DNA of 33,625 bases from Patescibacteria group bacterium UBA2193 (GCA_002327335.1 DCVH01000021.1:1-33625); one strand, 5' to 3'. Counted from the stretch's first letter, positions 8,981 to 16,526 are shown. The notes: generated by a model not told the origin, from the letters alone. Numbers and translations are program-made.

Positions 8981-9056
8981 TTTAAAGACCCCTTTTTTAT
9001 TGTGTTTTCAAAAAACATCCAATGAAACATTAGTTTAATACATCAAATCAATATAA

Positions 9057-10175
9057 TCAAGCTTTTGTATATCTCGAAATATTAAGAAGAATTCCGACTC
9101 CGATAAGAATAAAAACGAGAGAAGTCGAACCATAGCTGATAAAAGGCAATGGAATTCCCGTTAAAGGGATTAATCCCACAATTGCCATGATGTTTATAAG
9201 TGCTTGGAAGATAATCCACGAAGTGATTCCCACTGCGACCAACTTCGCAAATTTATCCGGAGCCTTCTGGGCAATTTTATACCCCCTTAAAACAAGAAAT
9301 AGAAAAATTAGAATCAAAATTGACGCTCCAACCATTCCCAACTCTTCTGAAATTACCGCAAAAATACTATCCCCCACTGGTTCTGGTAAATAATTGAATT
9401 TTTGTCGGCTGTGTCCCAATCCAAGACCAAAAATCCCTCCAGAACCAATGGCAATTAATGCCTGATTGATTTGATAGCCAATTCCTTGCGGGTCAGCTGT
9501 CGGATCAAAAAAAGTCACAATCCGGTTCATTCGATAGGGTTCCAATTTTATCAACAAGTAACCGAGCGACAACCCGCCAAAACCAACGCCAAATAAATAT
9601 TTCAGCGGAACACCTGAGACGAAAAACATCACCATTGAAATTGAAATCGTCGCACCAAGCGTTCCAAAGTCTGGTTGCTTTATAATCAAAAAACTCACCA
9701 AGCCAATCACCACCAGAAATGGAACCAATCCTTCATAAAAACTTTTCACTTTGTGTCCTCGTGCCTCTATCCAATAAGCCAAATAAAGAATAATGGAAAG
9801 TTTCATTATTTCAGTCGGCTGAAAAGAAATCGGTCCAAGATCAATCCAGCGACTTGCTCCTTGTAAGCGCGTTCCAATCCCAGGAATAAAAACCAGAATC
9901 AACAAAATCAAAGAACCAATAAACATCGGGACTGCAACCTTCTTCCAAAAACTGTAATGAATTTTTTGAACAACAAACAAAGCAATTAATCCGGGGATGA
10001 CTCCATAGAGAAGTTGGTGATTGAAAAAATAATATTCGTTCCCAAATCTCGTTTTTGAAATCACCACTCCGGCAGAAGAAATCATAATCAAACCGAAAAG
10101 AAGCAAGGTAAAAACCAGCACCAAAATAATTGTATCGGGCTTGTGTGGTTTTTGTTTTATTTCGACATTTTTCAT
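9057..10175 (-). CDS. FtsW/RodA/SpoVE (SEDS) family protein
   Basis: Multi-TM protein with QPTEIMKL, QPDFGT and LPEPVGDSIFAVISEELG motifs. The ATG at 10175 is preferred over the TTG at 10193. Confidence 0.85.
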   Translation of the reverse strand: MKNVEIKQKPHKPDTIILVLVFTLLLFGLIMISSAGVVISKTRFGNEYYFFNHQLLYGVIPGLIALFVVQKIHYSFWKKVAVPMFIGSLILLILVFIPGIGTRLQGASRWIDLGPISFQPTEIMKLSIILYLAYWIEARGHKVKSFYEGLVPFLVVIGLVSFLIIKQPDFGTLGATISISMVMFFVSGVPLKYLFGVGFGGLSLGYLLIKLEPYRMNRIVTFFDPTADPQGIGYQINQALIAIGSGGIFGLGLGHSRQKFNYLPEPVGDSIFAVISEELGMVGASILILIFLFLVLRGYKIAQKAPDKFAKLVAVGITSWIIFQALINIMAIVGLIPLTGIPLPFISYGSTSLVFILIGVGILLNISRYTKA

Positions 10176-10223
10176 TTTTGCTTGTCCTATCAAATTGAAC
10201 TCTCAGTCATCATTTAATTGAAA

Positions 10224-10895
10224 TTATCTCCCTTGTTGTTTTTTGTTTCGCCATTTATTGATTTCTGCATGATTCCCATCCAGCAAAACTCGCGGAACTG
10301 TCCAATTATTGAAATCTTCTGGTCGAGTATAGACGGGATAATCAATATTTTCATTGCCACCATTGTGGCTTTCTGATTCCAAAGATTCTTCATTCCCCAA
10401 AACTCCTGGCAACAAACGAGAAACCGAATCAACCACAATCATTGCCGGCAATTCTCCTCCACTCAACACATATTCGCCAATCGAAAGTTCCTGATCAACA
10501 ATATTTTCCGCCACTCTTTCATCCACCCCTTCATATCTTCCACAAATGAATATCAAATGCTTGAAACCGCTCAACTTTTCAGCTGCTTGTTGATTATATT
10601 TTTCCCCCTTAGCAGAAAAAAGAATTGTTTTTATTTCTTCATTCAAAACACCTTTTTTATTCAGTTCTTCTTTGACAAAATTAACGCAATCAAAAATCGG
10701 CTGAACACTCATCACCATTCCCGGTCCTCCGCCATACGGAGCATCATCAACTTTTTTGTGCTTGTCTTTTGTGAAATCCCGTAAATTATATAATTCCAAT
10801 TTTATTTTCCCTTCCTCAATCGCACGAGAAAGTATTCCCACTTTAAAATAGGACTCAAACGCTTCTGGGAATATTGTGATTATGTGGAAAGTCAT
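10224..10895 (-). CDS. trmD: tRNA (guanine37-N1)-methyltransferase
   Basis: Contains FHIITIFPEAF, DDAPYGGGPGMVM, ICGRYEGVDERV and SIGEYVLSGGELPA. The start is set at the internal ATG (MTFHII). Confidence 0.9.
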   Translation of the reverse strand: MTFHIITIFPEAFESYFKVGILSRAIEEGKIKLELYNLRDFTKDKHKKVDDAPYGGGPGMVMSVQPIFDCVNFVKEELNKKGVLNEEIKTILFSAKGEKYNQQAAEKLSGFKHLIFICGRYEGVDERVAENIVDQELSIGEYVLSGGELPAMIVVDSVSRLLPGVLGNEESLESESHNGGNENIDYPVYTRPEDFNNWTVPRVLLDGNHAEINKWRNKKQQGR

Positions 10896-10899
10896 GAGA

Positions 10900-11062
10900 T
10901 AATTTTTGAATTTTTGAATTTTTGAAATAAATTTTAAATTAAAATTTTTAAACAATTTTAAGAAATATAACAATAAACCAAAACAGTTGCGTTGCCGTAA
11001 TTAAAAATTTATAAATTATTTATAAAATTAAAAATTACAAAATTCAAAAATTTTACAAAATG
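10900..11062. repeat. AT-rich imperfect palindromic intergenic block (family AT1)
   Basis: Left arm aatttttgaatttttgaatttttgaaat mirrors right arm aaaattacaaaattcaaaaatttt. It holds ttatttataaaattaaaaat (11016-11035), the reverse complement of a 20-mer shared with the 22682 and 30318 copies. Confidence 0.5.
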
Positions 11063-11121
11063 GCCAAAAACCGTGCCACATAAATGTAACACGGTTTTGG
11101 GATATTTAAAAGCAACTATGC

Positions 11122-11466
11122 TTATTGAATATCATTTACGATATCATCAATGCTTTGTCCAGCTTCTTTAACTTCAGCGTTCTCTTCTTTTCTTGCTCCT
11201 GAAAATCTTGCAGAACCTTCTGGTTCATTGATTTTAAGGTTCACTCGAGCATTGTTTTTCGCTCCAACAACTCGCAAAAGTGTTCGAATTGCCTTAGCAG
11301 TTGATCCTTGTCTACCGATGATCATTCCCATATCTTGCGGATTGACAGACAAAACGATAAGAACGCCTCGTTCGTCAACCTCTCGATCGATTTTTACATC
11401 GTCTGGGTTGTCAACAATAGATTTAACAATGTACGATAGAAATTCTATATCTGTGTTTTCAGCCAT
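11122..11466 (-). CDS. KH-domain RNA-binding protein (KhpA/YlqC-like) with C-terminal extension
   Basis: VLSVNPQDMGMIIGRQGSTAKAIRTLL contains the GxxG KH core. It sits upstream of trmD, as in rpsP-KH-rimM-trmD clusters. Confidence 0.8.
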   Translation of the reverse strand: MAENTDIEFLSYIVKSIVDNPDDVKIDREVDERGVLIVLSVNPQDMGMIIGRQGSTAKAIRTLLRVVGAKNNARVNLKINEPEGSARFSGARKEENAEVKEAGQSIDDIVNDIQ

Positions 11467-11666
11467 CTTTTCATACTGTTAATTCTAAACTTCCCTTCTT
11501 TGGACATCGACCTTTGAGGAAATGCCTCAGGGTAAGTATGCCCCCATTATATTATTTTTTGATATTTGTGTCAATGCGCTTGACTAAAAGCATTATTTTT
11601 GATAATTTTACAGCCATTCCAATGCATTTTGACAATAACATTAACCGAAAAGGGAGCGGGATTCTT

Positions 11667-11924
11667 ATGGATTTATTAGTCGACAAATTGAATGTGGGGG
11701 ACATTTTCACAGAAAAAGGCATTCGCCTAAAAGTTTTCACAGCAGAAAACGTTAAGTTCAAAAAAGGAGGAGGTAGAGGCTTTGCTTGCATTCTCGCAAA
11801 AATCGACGAATTTACCGATCCCAAAAATCCCCGCATTCACCCGCTTATCAATGGGCTATATGCCATTACTGAAGACGGGAGGGTAAACCTGGGGGAAGCT
11901 TCCGACTATATCCCCAAAAAATAA
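11667..11924 (+). CDS. Hypothetical small protein (85 aa)
   Basis: An ATG is preceded by aaagggagcggg (SD-like), and a strong terminator follows. I recognise no motif. Confidence 0.5.
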   Translation: MDLLVDKLNVGDIFTEKGIRLKVFTAENVKFKKGGGRGFACILAKIDEFTDPKNPRIHPLINGLYAITEDGRVNLGEASDYIPKK

Positions 11925-11949
11925 ACGGTTTCAAAAAAATTATCAAAAA

Positions 11950-11987
11950 GTCACGGAAAAAACATCTTCCGTGACTTTCGTTTTTTC
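11950..11987 (+). terminator. Rho-independent terminator
   Basis: gtcacggaa..ttccgtgac stem followed by tttcgtttttt. Confidence 0.7.
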
Positions 11988-11995
11988 TGTTCAAT

Positions 11996-12023
11996 TTGAC
12001 ATAATTTAAATTTGGCTTAAAAT
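11996..12023 (+). promoter_or_regulatory. Sigma-70-like promoter of the thrS leader
   Basis: TTGACA, 16-nt spacer, TAAAAT. Confidence 0.55.
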
Positions 12024-12029
12024 ATAGAT

Positions 12030-12304
12030 AGTACAATCCAGTAATTGATTTGGCTACCAATCAAATTTTTTCGAAAGAAAAATCGGCAAACGCCGACTAA
12101 ACCGGAAACAAATTGAAAGTGCCTGGTCCTTCTCCTTGTCATTCCCGCGACCGCGTGTCGCCTTAGCTTTAGCGGTGGCACAAGGCGGGAATCCATTCAA
12201 AGAAGAACCAGGAAATTGAGTGGAACCACGAGCAATGAAAACTCGTCTCAATGTTTGTCGCTTTTTAAAAACGCGACCAGACAAATTTTGAGACGAGTTT
12301 TTTT
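12030..12304 (+). promoter_or_regulatory. T-box riboswitch leader (Thr)
   Basis: - T-box motif aaattgagtggaaccacg lies at 12213-12230.
- Antiterminator: gag / 7-nt bulge tggaacc / acgag, loop, ctcgt / ctc (12218-12249).
- Competing terminator: aaaactcgtctcaa (12238-12251) pairs with ttgagacgagtttt (12288-12301), followed by a U-run.
- Thr codons ACC (12101) and ACA (12108) lie in the upstream stem region. Confidence 0.8.
12138..12194. repeat. P1 palindromic element with long loop, inside the T-box leader
   Basis: gtcattcccgcga..ggcgggaatcc sits at the tip of the hairpin cctggtccttct (12122-12133) / agaagaaccagg (12201-12212). Confidence 0.75.
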
Positions 12305-12330
12305 ATTTAATAATAAATAATCTAAATAAA

Positions 12331-14139
12331 ATGAAAGACCAAGAAAAAAAACAAGAAAAACAAGAAATTCTTCGACACAGCACTGCACATATCCTTGCAG
12401 GAGCTGTTCTGGAAATGTTTCCGGAAGCCAAATTCGGAATGGGGCCAGCCACCGAAGAAGGATTTTTCTATGATTTCGAACTGCCGAGAACTCTTATACC
12501 GGAAGATTTAGAAATATTGGAAGAAAAAGTCAAAAGCCTGATTAAAGCTAATTTTCCTTTTGAGAAAAAACAAATTTCCATCAAAGAAGCAATTGAGCAT
12601 TTTGAAAAAGCCCAGCAAAATTACAAAGTGGAAATTTTGAAAGACCTTGAGGATCAAGGAGAAAAAGAAGTGATGGTCTATAAAACCGGAAATTTTGTCG
12701 ATCTTTGCAAGGGACCACACCTTGAATCGACCGGGGAAATCAACGCCCAAGGACTGAAACTCACCAAAGTTTCTGGTGCCTATTGGAAAGGCGATGAAAA
12801 TCGAGAAATGCTCCAAAGAATTTCCGGGGTTGTTTTCACTGACAGAAAAGAATTAAAAAAATATCTTCTTCAAATTGAAGAAGCCAAAAAACGCGACCAT
12901 CGAAAACTTGGAAAAGAGCTTGATTTGTTTTGTTTTTCCGATCTCGTCGGCCCAGGACTTCCTCTTTTTTCTCCTAAAGGAGCAACGATCAAAAGAGTCC
13001 TTCAAAGATGGATTGAGGATGAAGAAACAAGAAGAGGTTACCAACCAACCGCGACGCCTGACATTGCTCGCGTTGCTCTCTATGAAAAATCGGGACATTG
13101 GCAACACTATCAGGATGACATGTACCCAGCCATGGAAATATATGATGATCGATACGTTCTACGTCCAATGACTTGTCCACATCAGTTCATGATCTACAAT
13201 TCCCAACCAAGATCATACCGTGATCTCCCGATAAGATATTCGGAAATATCAAGACTCTATCGTCGTGAAAAATCAGGAGAACTTTTTGGTCTCATGCGTC
13301 ATGCTGGAGGATGGAATTTTGCCGATGCTCATATTTTGTGTGCCCCTGATCAAGTTGAAAAAGAATTTGAAAATGTTGTTGATTTTGTCCAATACATTAT
13401 GAAAACTCTGGGAGTTACTGAATACTGGTATCGATTTTCAAAGTGGGACCAGAATGATAAAAATGACAAATATGTTGATGACCCAGAATCATGGGAGTCG
13501 TCACAAAACTCAATGAAAAAAATTCTTGATAAATTAAAGCTTGATTATGTTGAAGCGGAAGGAGAAGCAGCTTTTTATGGACCAAAACTCGATATTCAAC
13601 TTCAAAATGTCAATGGAAAAGATGAAACTGCTTTCACGATTCAAATTGATTTTGCTTTACCGGAAAAATTCGATATGACATATATCGATAATGATGGAGA
13701 AAAGAAAAAACCAATTGCAATTCATCACGGATCAATTGGTTGTCTCGAAAGAACTTTTGCTTTTTTAATTGAAAAATATGCCGGCGCTTTCCCGGTCTGG
13801 CTCTCCCCTGTTCAAGTTTCAATTCTGCCAGTCTCCGAAAAATTCAACGATTACGCTCAAAAAGTTTCCGAAAAACTTCGAGAATCCAATATGAGAGTTG
13901 AAATTGTTAATTCCGATGATTCTCTTGGCAAGAAAATTGCCGAAACCACCAAACAAAAAGTTCCATACATTCTCGTAGTCGGAGAAAAAGAAAGCGAAAA
14001 CGACACAGTGGCTGTTCGTGAAAGGAGTGATGGGAACAAACCCGCCGACGCCAAGGCTATGGCGGGCAAGCAAGACATAATGGGAATTGATGAATTTCTG
14101 AAGAAAATTTCAGAAGAAATTGAGACTAAAAAGTTGTAG
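12331..14139 (+). CDS. thrS: Threonine--tRNA ligase (no N-terminal TGS domain)
   Basis: 602 aa. It starts at the editing-domain HSTAH motif and has CKGPH and class II core motifs (FRDLPIRY-like YRDLPIRYSE, RREKSGEL, GSIGCLERT). An anticodon-binding domain is present. Confidence 0.95.
   Translation: MKDQEKKQEKQEILRHSTAHILAGAVLEMFPEAKFGMGPATEEGFFYDFELPRTLIPEDLEILEEKVKSLIKANFPFEKKQISIKEAIEHFEKAQQNYKVEILKDLEDQGEKEVMVYKTGNFVDLCKGPHLESTGEINAQGLKLTKVSGAYWKGDENREMLQRISGVVFTDRKELKKYLLQIEEAKKRDHRKLGKELDLFCFSDLVGPGLPLFSPKGATIKRVLQRWIEDEETRRGYQPTATPDIARVALYEKSGHWQHYQDDMYPAMEIYDDRYVLRPMTCPHQFMIYNSQPRSYRDLPIRYSEISRLYRREKSGELFGLMRHAGGWNFADAHILCAPDQVEKEFENVVDFVQYIMKTLGVTEYWYRFSKWDQNDKNDKYVDDPESWESSQNSMKKILDKLKLDYVEAEGEAAFYGPKLDIQLQNVNGKDETAFTIQIDFALPEKFDMTYIDNDGEKKKPIAIHHGSIGCLERTFAFLIEKYAGAFPVWLSPVQVSILPVSEKFNDYAQKVSEKLRESNMRVEIVNSDDSLGKKIAETTKQKVPYILVVGEKESENDTVAVRERSDGNKPADAKAMAGKQDIMGIDEFLKKISEEIETKKL
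14038..14070. repeat. GC-rich hairpin insert within thrS (P1-like core)
   Basis: cccgcc-14 nt-ggcggg (14041-14066) forms a GC island in AT-rich coding sequence. It encodes KPADAKAMAGKQ in the C-terminal domain. Confidence 0.4.
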
Positions 14140-14244
14140 TTGCTCATCCCTCCCTCCCAGCTTTACTTTCTTGAAAAATCATGCTATCAGTTAAGCTAAG
14201 GATAGTATTTCATTGACACTCAACCCAAAAAAAGGAGACGAAAA

Positions 14245-14637
14245 ATGAACGATCGCACAAAAAATTGTGGGATTAAGTTTAGGATCGAGGAAAGGTGCTT
14301 GACCATAAGGATTGAAAGGGACCGGGGGTTACCACCTTTGTTATTACAAGCACTTTCGGCGATGGCGCTTGTTGTTAACGAAGTAAGTTGTCAGTTGGAA
14401 ATAGCTTGTGGATATTTCCAATGCTTTGAGCGCTTGCCCCATGCGTTGATTATGAAACCAATCATGCATGAGATAAAAAAGGCCTCAGAAGAACTTGAAG
14501 TCATCATGCTAAAGCACGGGTTTGTGCCGCGCTACCCAAGCAGATTTAAGTGGAAATTCTTATCTGCTGAAGGCAAAATTGACTTTTGCCAGTTGGAGAA
14601 CGAATATTGGTTTTGGGATGAAAACACTCCCAAATAA
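14245..14637 (+). CDS. Hypothetical protein (130 aa), visibly GC-richer than its neighbours
   Basis: Strong SD aaggag lies 7 nt before the ATG. I recognise no motif. Confidence 0.55.
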   Translation: MNDRTKNCGIKFRIEERCLTIRIERDRGLPPLLLQALSAMALVVNEVSCQLEIACGYFQCFERLPHALIMKPIMHEIKKASEELEVIMLKHGFVPRYPSRFKWKFLSAEGKIDFCQLENEYWFWDENTPK

Positions 14638-14776
14638 AATGCACATTAAATTAAAAAATGCTTCGTATAAATAAAGTGGAGGGATGGCAATTAGATTCTC
14701 TTCACTTTTTTATTCCACCTAAACAACTTGAATTAAATCGAAAAATCTGCAAAACTGTAATTTATAATGAAAAACC

Positions 14777-15916
14777 ATGAAATATTTTATCAAAACATTT
14801 GGTTGCCAGATGAATGAAAGTGACTCCGAACGACTCGCTACGTTTTTTGAGTCCCAGGGATTCGAAAATGCAGAAGAAATTAATATGGCTGATGTTGTGA
14901 TATTCAACACTTGTGGTGTTCGGCAAACCGCCGAAGATCGAGTCTATGGTCAAGTCCATAATCTTCGAAAAAAATCCCCAGCAGTAAAAATCATTATCAC
15001 TGGCTGTGTTGCCCATCGCAAAGATGTTCAAAGAAGATTAAAAGATAAGGTTGATTTATTCACCAGTATTAAAAATATTTCAAAAATTAAAAATTTAGAT
15101 TTATTTAAAAATCAAGAATTAAAAATTAAAAATTCTACTAAAGAATATCTCGACATAATCCCAAAATACGCCAAAAAAAATTCCGCTTTCCTTCCAATTA
15201 TGACCGGTTGCAATAATTTTTGCTCCTATTGCGTGGTTCCCTATGCTCGCGGAAGAGAAAAATCACGACCAATTGAAGATATTTTTAAAGAAATTAAAAA
15301 GCTTTCTGAAAATGGGTGCAAAGAAATCACTTTACTTGGACAGAATGTTAACTCTTATTTATGTAAAGTAGAAAATACAACTAAAAATTTAAAACATACC
15401 AAGCAATCAAACGACTGGATTCCCGCCTTCGCGGGAATGACAAAGATTGTCTTTCCAACTCTGCTTGATGCATTAGCAAAAACTTATCCCAAGATAGATT
15501 GGCGCTTTTTGACTTCTCATCCAAAAGATTTTTCGGAAGAATTGATGAATGTGGTCGCGGAAAATGAAAATATTTCCAAAGAAATTCATCTGCCATTTCA
15601 GTCTGGCAGTAATAAGATTCTGAAGGCCATGAATCGCCCCTACACCCAAAAACATTATTTTAATCTTATCGAAAAAGCTCAAAAAATAATTCCGAAAGTC
15701 ACCTTCACAACCGATGTAATTGTTGGATTCCCAGGAGAAACTGAAAAAGATTTTCAAGAAACCGTGAAGGTTTTTGAAAAAGTGAAATATACTGAAGCCT
15801 ATATTAACAAATATTCTCCTCGCCCCGAAACCGTCGCCGAAAAACTTGGCGACCCCATTTCGTGGGACGAGAAAAAAAGACGAGAAAAATTTTTAAGAAA
15901 CTTGATTAAAAAATAA
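14777..15916 (+). CDS. miaB: MiaB-family radical-SAM methylthiotransferase lacking a TRAM domain
   Basis: N-terminal MTTase motif FGCQMNESDSE..NTCGVR, radical-SAM CNNFCSYCVVPYARG and VGFPGETE are present. The ORF ends right after the radical-SAM domain. Confidence 0.85.
   Translation: MKYFIKTFGCQMNESDSERLATFFESQGFENAEEINMADVVIFNTCGVRQTAEDRVYGQVHNLRKKSPAVKIIITGCVAHRKDVQRRLKDKVDLFTSIKNISKIKNLDLFKNQELKIKNSTKEYLDIIPKYAKKNSAFLPIMTGCNNFCSYCVVPYARGREKSRPIEDIFKEIKKLSENGCKEITLLGQNVNSYLCKVENTTKNLKHTKQSNDWIPAFAGMTKIVFPTLLDALAKTYPKIDWRFLTSHPKDFSEELMNVVAENENISKEIHLPFQSGSNKILKAMNRPYTQKHYFNLIEKAQKIIPKVTFTTDVIVGFPGETEKDFQETVKVFEKVKYTEAYINKYSPRPETVAEKLGDPISWDEKKRREKFLRNLIKK
15417..15441. repeat. P1 palindromic element inserted in frame in miaB
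   Basis: ggattcccgccttcgcgggaatgac is translated as WIPAFAGMT inside a variable loop. Confidence 0.85.
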
Positions 15917-15935
15917 CCAATATCTTCATCCCCTC

Positions 15936-15955
15936 CCTGCCTACCGGCAGGCAGG
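15936..15955. repeat. P2 palindromic element
   Basis: cctgcctaccggcaggcagg matches, in reverse complement, 28119-28138 with one mismatch. It is nested in tcccctc (15929-15935) / gagggga (15964-15970). Confidence 0.6.
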
Positions 15956-15995
15956 TTTTCAAAGAGGGGACCGAGGGGAGATTTTTTTGTATTCA

Positions 15996-16033
15996 AAAAG
16001 TCCGAATTGATTCAACCCGGACTTTTATTTTTT
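15996..16033. terminator. Bidirectional terminator between miaB and the three-gene cassette
   Basis: aaaagtccg-13 nt loop-cggactttt with T-runs on both strands. It overlaps the stop of the minus-strand ORF. Confidence 0.6.
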
Positions 16034-16252
16034 CTGCGACCGTCGCCTCTGTCGCTTTTTACGATAACGAGGGTCGGGTGATGGCAATACGTAGGTGAAG
16101 TTTATTGCTCTCTCAGCAATTCCTTCTGATTGAATAATCAGCTCCCCTGCTGGAGAAAAACACCTTTTTACTTCCCTTTCCAAAAACTCCCATTCTTTTT
16201 CTAGGTACTGTTTCAGAATTTCTTCCTCGGATGAATCTTCATCATTCATCAC
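16025..16252 (-). CDS. Hypothetical 75-aa protein with acidic N-terminus and arginine-rich C-terminal tail
   Basis: SD aaggagg lies 6 nt upstream. Its ATG overlaps the upstream stop (ATGA). The tail reads RYRKKRQRRRSQKK. Confidence 0.6.
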   Translation of the reverse strand: MMNDEDSSEEEILKQYLEKEWEFLEREVKRCFSPAGELIIQSEGIAERAINFTYVLPSPDPRYRKKRQRRRSQKK

Positions 16253-16512
16253 ACTCCTCCTTCTGACAGGATGAGCCTGAGTCTTTCGTGATAAATTTTC
16301 GAAGCTTCTTCGATGTCAATAAGCTTCTCTAGAACATATTTATCTGCATCACTCAAGTCTTTGGTTCCATATAGCTGTCGAATCCAAATTTCCATTATCG
16401 TTTTCAGATCAACATCAGTCGTCGGCGTCGAAGAAAACCTTGTTACCAAAGTCTCAAGGAACTTCCTTGCCTGATCTTTCGTGACAAATTCCCCCACAAT
16501 GTTCATCGTCAA
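16249..16512 (-). CDS. Hypothetical 87-aa protein (probably helical)
   Basis: Middle gene of the cassette, translationally coupled to the downstream ORF. SD-like aaaggaa lies upstream. Confidence 0.6.
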   Translation of the reverse strand: MTMNIVGEFVTKDQARKFLETLVTRFSSTPTTDVDLKTIMEIWIRQLYGTKDLSDADKYVLEKLIDIEEASKIYHERLRLILSEGGV

Positions 16513-16526
16513 TTCCTTTCAATATT

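Noticed and set aside
10896-10973. N-terminal extensions offered by the ORF track for trmD (to 10973), nrdR (to 26963), NIF3 (from 31779), the 11514 ORF, the 17729 ORF, ftsW (TTG at 10193) and priA (GTG at 28164)
   Set aside because: The conserved family N-termini begin at internal ATGs (MTFHII, MKCPHC, MKSIKLY and so on). The extensions run into AT-rich repeats or lack any start signal.
11580-11606. Promoter TTGACT-15-GATAAT for the 11667 ORF, and TTGACA at 17698 for the 17789 ORF
   Set aside because: The spacer lengths or -10 hexamers are poor, so neither is called as a feature.
12054-12284. 76-aa minus-strand ORF upstream of thrS
   Set aside because: It coincides exactly with the T-box leader and the P1 repeat. 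The FPPCATAKAKATRGRGND-type sequence is repeat translation.
14146-14687. 9-nt inverted pair catccctcc/ggagggatg as terminal inverted repeats of a mobile cassette
   Set aside because: It is too short to distinguish from chance. The right copy also overlaps a weak hairpin (aagtggag..ctcttcactt) that may simply be a terminator. It is mentioned only as a low-weight observation.
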